A DNA stretch of 64,000 bases, from assembly GCA_963762255.1 (NCBI GenBank), contig CAVXKA010000003.1, positions 416,001 through 480,000 of the forward strand, read 5' to 3'. The position numbers and the translations under genes were made by a program. The DNA comes from Candidatus Eiseniibacteriota bacterium. GTDB taxonomy: Bacteria; Eisenbacteria; RBG-16-71-46; JABDJR01. Positions 60,790 to 64,000 of this stretch are shown piece by piece (within the stretch, counting starts at the first letter, position 1; each line of letters opens with the position of its first letter). The notes below the pieces were generated by a model. It was not told the origin of the DNA and did no database searches. It saw nothing but the letters and a program-made list of their open reading frames with translations.

Positions 60790-63345
60790 TCAGTACCAGG
60801 CGATCAGGTTGATCTCGTTGGGGACGAGAGCATCGGGGTGAACGGGGCGCACCCGCACCGCGTAGCCGTACAGACCGCTCTCGGCGCACGGGACGACGCC
60901 CTCGTACCACCAGGAACCGCCCTCCTGACGGGCCATCTTGAGCGCGGTGGCGTTCCCATCCTTGACCTCCCGGTCCACCGACGCCAAACCGTGGTACAGC
61001 TCCACGCTCACCTGATCCGGCTTGAGGGAACCGAGCTGGAGCTTGACCCGGACCGACACCTCGTTGCCCACGTGGAGATCGTTCTGCGTCCCCTGCTCGA
61101 CCGCCTCGATGCGCACTTCGCTCCAGTGCTGGGTCACGAACCGCTTCCACGCCACCAGATCCTTCACGCGGCGCAGATCGCCGCGCAGAAAGTCCCCGGA
61201 GCGCGCCGCGGCAGGAATGTAGAAACGCTCGACGTACTCGCCCACCATCCGGTTGGTGTTGAACACCGGCAGGAGCTGCATCATCGCGGTCTTCATCTTG
61301 GCCGCCCAGTCCGCGGGAAAGGCGTTACCCGAGCGCTTGTAGTAGAGCGGCACGACCTCCCGCTCCAGAAGCTGGTAGAGGGCGTTCGCCTCCACGTCGT
61401 CCTGGTACTCGGGATCGTCGTACGTCTCTCCGTGCCCGATCGCCCACCCGACCTCGTTGTTGAATCCCTCATCCCACCATCCGTCCAGGATGGAGAGGTT
61501 GAGGATCCCGTTGGCGGCGGCCTTCATCCCGCTCGTGCCACTCGCCTCGAGAGGCCGGCGCGGCGTGTTGAGCCACACGTCCACACCCTGCACCAAATAG
61601 CTGGCCACGTTCATGTCGTAGTTTTCGATGAACGCCACCGAGTTGCGCATGTCGACGCCGCGGGCGAAATTGGCGAGCTGCTTCACCAGTTCCTTCCCCG
61701 CGCTGTCGGCGGGGTGGGCCTTGCCGGCGAAGATGAGCTGCACCGGCATGTCCGCGGAATGGATGATCCGCTTGATGCGATCGAGATCGCGCAGGATCAG
61801 GGTGGCCCGCTTGTAGGAGGCGAACCGGCGGGCGAAGCCGATGGTGAGCGCCTCCGGGTTCAGGATCTTGCGCGCTTCCTCGATTTCCTTGCCGGGAGCG
61901 CCGCGGCTGCGCATCTGCTGCGCGACCCGCCCCCGTGCGAAGTTCACCAACCGCTCCTTCGCGGCCATGTGAGTGCGCCAGAGTTCCTCGTCGGGGATCT
62001 CCCCCACCCGCTGCCACACCGACATGTCGACCGGATTGTCCGACCAGCCGGGCCCCAGGTAGCGGCGGAAGAGCTCGAACATCTCGGGTGAGAGCCAGGA
62101 GCGGGTGTGGATGCCGTTGGTGATGCTCTCCACCGGCACCTCGGCCTCGGGATAGCCCTTCCACTCCCCCTCCCACATGCTCCGCGACACCTCGCCGTGG
62201 AGACGGCTCACCGCGTTGCGGTAGGTGCTGTTGCGGACGGCGAAGAGAGCCATATTGAACGGCTGGCCGGCGTCGTCCGGGTTGGTGCGCCCGAGCCGGG
62301 CCAGCGCGTCGAAGGAGATGCCGAGCTCGGCGGCGTAGGACTCGAAGTAACGGCGCAGGAGCTGCGGATCGAAGATGTCGAAACCCGCCGCCACCGGAGT
62401 ATGCGTCGTGAAGATCGAAGACGCCGAGATCACCTCGCGCGCGGTCTCGAAGTCGAGCTTGCGCTCGCTCATGATCTGGCGGATGCGCTCGAGCATGAGA
62501 AACGCGGCGTGGCCCTCGTTGATGTGGCACACGTCGGGGTTGATGCCAAGAAGCCGGAGCGCGCGCATCCCTCCGATGCCCAGCACGATCTCGTGCTGGA
62601 TTCGGGTCTCCTTGTCGCCGCCGTAGAGCTGACGGGTGATCCGCTGATCCTCGGGGGTGTTCTCCGGAATGTTCGAGTCGAGGAGATAGAGCGGCACGCG
62701 TCCAACCTGCGCGGTCCAGATCTGGAGCTTGACCTCCCGGCCGGGGAAGGGCACCGAGACCAGCGCCGCCTTCCCCTGGGCGTTGAGTTCCAGCTCGAGT
62801 GGCATGTTGTAGAAGTCGTTCTCGGGGTAGGCTTCCTGTTGCCATCCGTCGGCGTTGAGGTATTGATTCAGGTAGCCGACCTTGTAGGCCAGTCCCACGC
62901 CGACCAGCGGCACGCCGAGCTCGCTCGCCGACTTCAGGTGATCGCCGGCAAGGACGCCCAGGCCGCCTGAGTAAAACGGCAGACACTCGGTGAGCCCGAA
63001 CTCCGCGCTGAAGTAGCCCACGGTCAGGTCGTTGAAGTCGCGATGGTAGCGTTGGAACCACGCGGAGCGGGCCAGAAGCTCCTGCAGGGCCTGGTGGGCC
63101 TGGTCGAGATGCGCGAGGAAGACGGGGTCGTCCGCCGCCCAATCGAGACGCCGCTGGCTGATCGTGCCCAACATGCGCACCGGGTTGTGCCCGGTCTGCT
63201 CCCACAGATCCCGGTCGAGGCGCTGGAAGAGCTCCGCGGTCTCGGGATGCCAGACCCATCGAAGGTTGAACGCCACACGGCGGAGCTTGTCGAGGCGCTC
63301 GGGGAGCGCCGGCTTTACGTGCAGAAGCTGGAAACGCGGGGCCAT
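60790..63345 (-). CDS. glgP: Alpha-glucan (glycogen/maltodextrin) phosphorylase
   Basis: YFSAEFG, YSGGLG.LAGD, NEGH, FARRFASYKR, EASGTSGMKA. Confidence 0.96.
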   Translation of the reverse strand: MAPRFQLLHVKPALPERLDKLRRVAFNLRWVWHPETAELFQRLDRDLWEQTGHNPVRMLGTISQRRLDWAADDPVFLAHLDQAHQALQELLARSAWFQRYHRDFNDLTVGYFSAEFGLTECLPFYSGGLGVLAGDHLKSASELGVPLVGVGLAYKVGYLNQYLNADGWQQEAYPENDFYNMPLELELNAQGKAALVSVPFPGREVKLQIWTAQVGRVPLYLLDSNIPENTPEDQRITRQLYGGDKETRIQHEIVLGIGGMRALRLLGINPDVCHINEGHAAFLMLERIRQIMSERKLDFETAREVISASSIFTTHTPVAAGFDIFDPQLLRRYFESYAAELGISFDALARLGRTNPDDAGQPFNMALFAVRNSTYRNAVSRLHGEVSRSMWEGEWKGYPEAEVPVESITNGIHTRSWLSPEMFELFRRYLGPGWSDNPVDMSVWQRVGEIPDEELWRTHMAAKERLVNFARGRVAQQMRSRGAPGKEIEEARKILNPEALTIGFARRFASYKRATLILRDLDRIKRIIHSADMPVQLIFAGKAHPADSAGKELVKQLANFARGVDMRNSVAFIENYDMNVASYLVQGVDVWLNTPRRPLEASGTSGMKAAANGILNLSILDGWWDEGFNNEVGWAIGHGETYDDPEYQDDVEANALYQLLEREVVPLYYKRSGNAFPADWAAKMKTAMMQLLPVFNTNRMVGEYVERFYIPAAARSGDFLRGDLRRVKDLVAWKRFVTQHWSEVRIEAVEQGTQNDLHVGNEVSVRVKLQLGSLKPDQVSVELYHGLASVDREVKDGNATALKMARQEGGSWWYEGVVPCAESGLYGYAVRVRPVHPDALVPNEINLIAWY

Positions 63346-63518
63346 CGTTTCTCCTTACACCAGGGATCGGCGGGAGGCGCGATCTGCCGGACACGGGGGC
63401 CTCGCCGCCGGGGGCATCCGTGGGAACGGCCATCCAGTTTAGACCGGTCTACCCCTCCTCGGGCACCCCTTGCTTCTCATTATCGGACGGGCGCCCCGCG
63501 GCGTGAGGGGGGGCCTTA

Positions 63519-64000
63519 TCACCCCACCCGCGCTCGCAGGTCCAGAAGAAGGCCGTCCAGAACGCCGACTCCCGGGACCAGGATGACCCCTGCCTCCGCG
63601 ATCTCGGCGAGGCGGGCGTAGACGAGGGCGGCGGGGACGATCACGTCGGCGCGGTCCTCGGGCAGGCCAAGCTCCTCGACGCGCCGGCGCAGGGACAGAC
63701 GGCTGAGATCCTCAGCCAGACGGCGTACCTCCTCCACCGGCAAGGTGGCAACACCGCGGCTGTCCGGGGAGAGCCCCGCGAGGATCGCCAGCGATGTGAT
63801 ACCGCCGCCGATTCCGACGCATCCGCGCGGGGGCATCCCGGCGGGTAAGAGCGTGATGGGAAGATGGTGAGCCACGATCTCTCGCAGTCGCCCGAGGTCG
63901 GCAACTCCCGTCGGCCGGGCCGCGCCGAGGCGCACCGCCCCCAGAGCGCGGGAGACGGTCCAGAGGATCTCCTCTCGGGTCGCGAGCGACACTTCGAGGC
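63519..64000 (-). CDS. ppx: Ppx/GppA phosphatase family protein, 3' part
   Basis: LGAVRL, GIGGG, LPEDRADVIVPA, GVLDGLL; 5' end lies beyond the window. Confidence 0.8.
   Translation of the reverse strand, partial: LEVSLATREEILWTVSRALGAVRLGAARPTGVADLGRLREIVAHHLPITLLPAGMPPRGCVGIGGGITSLAILAGLSPDSRGVATLPVEEVRRLAEDLSRLSLRRRVEELGLPEDRADVIVPAALVYARLAEIAEAGVILVPGVGVLDGLLLDLRARVG

Overview
GC-rich bacterial window, probably from a long-read or metagenome assembly (several genes carry indels). Bases 1-19.5 kb form an all-minus-strand defence island. In transcription order: STAND-like NTPase-TPR-TIR protein with a near-identical mosaic repeat array, SNF2 helicase-DUF3883 nuclease, AAA_14/DUF4143 ATPase, OLD-like ABC ATPase-TOPRIM, DUF1156 DNA methyltransferase, HEPN-DUF499 ATPase, nucleoside-deoxyribosyltransferase(NDT)-SLOG fusion, and a TIR-NB-ARC protein running off the left edge. 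The best candidate for a new system is the NDT-SLOG effector paired with TIR-bearing NLR-like sensors (Thoeris-like logic with different parts). The rest is mostly housekeeping: M20 peptidase, RND efflux, aminotransferase, vanadium haloperoxidase-like lipoprotein, glutamine synthetase, pullulanase, sdhCAB, sufBCDUT without sufS, iscS-mnmA, TPR proteins, glgP. Two further oddities: a DUF4160/DUF2442 toxin-antitoxin cassette flanked by direct repeats and palindromes, and a HEAT-kinase/PilT/PilT/HD-GYP-PP2C operon. No rRNA, tRNA, CRISPR array, integrase or transposase was seen. All domain calls come from reading motifs by eye; no database searches were run.
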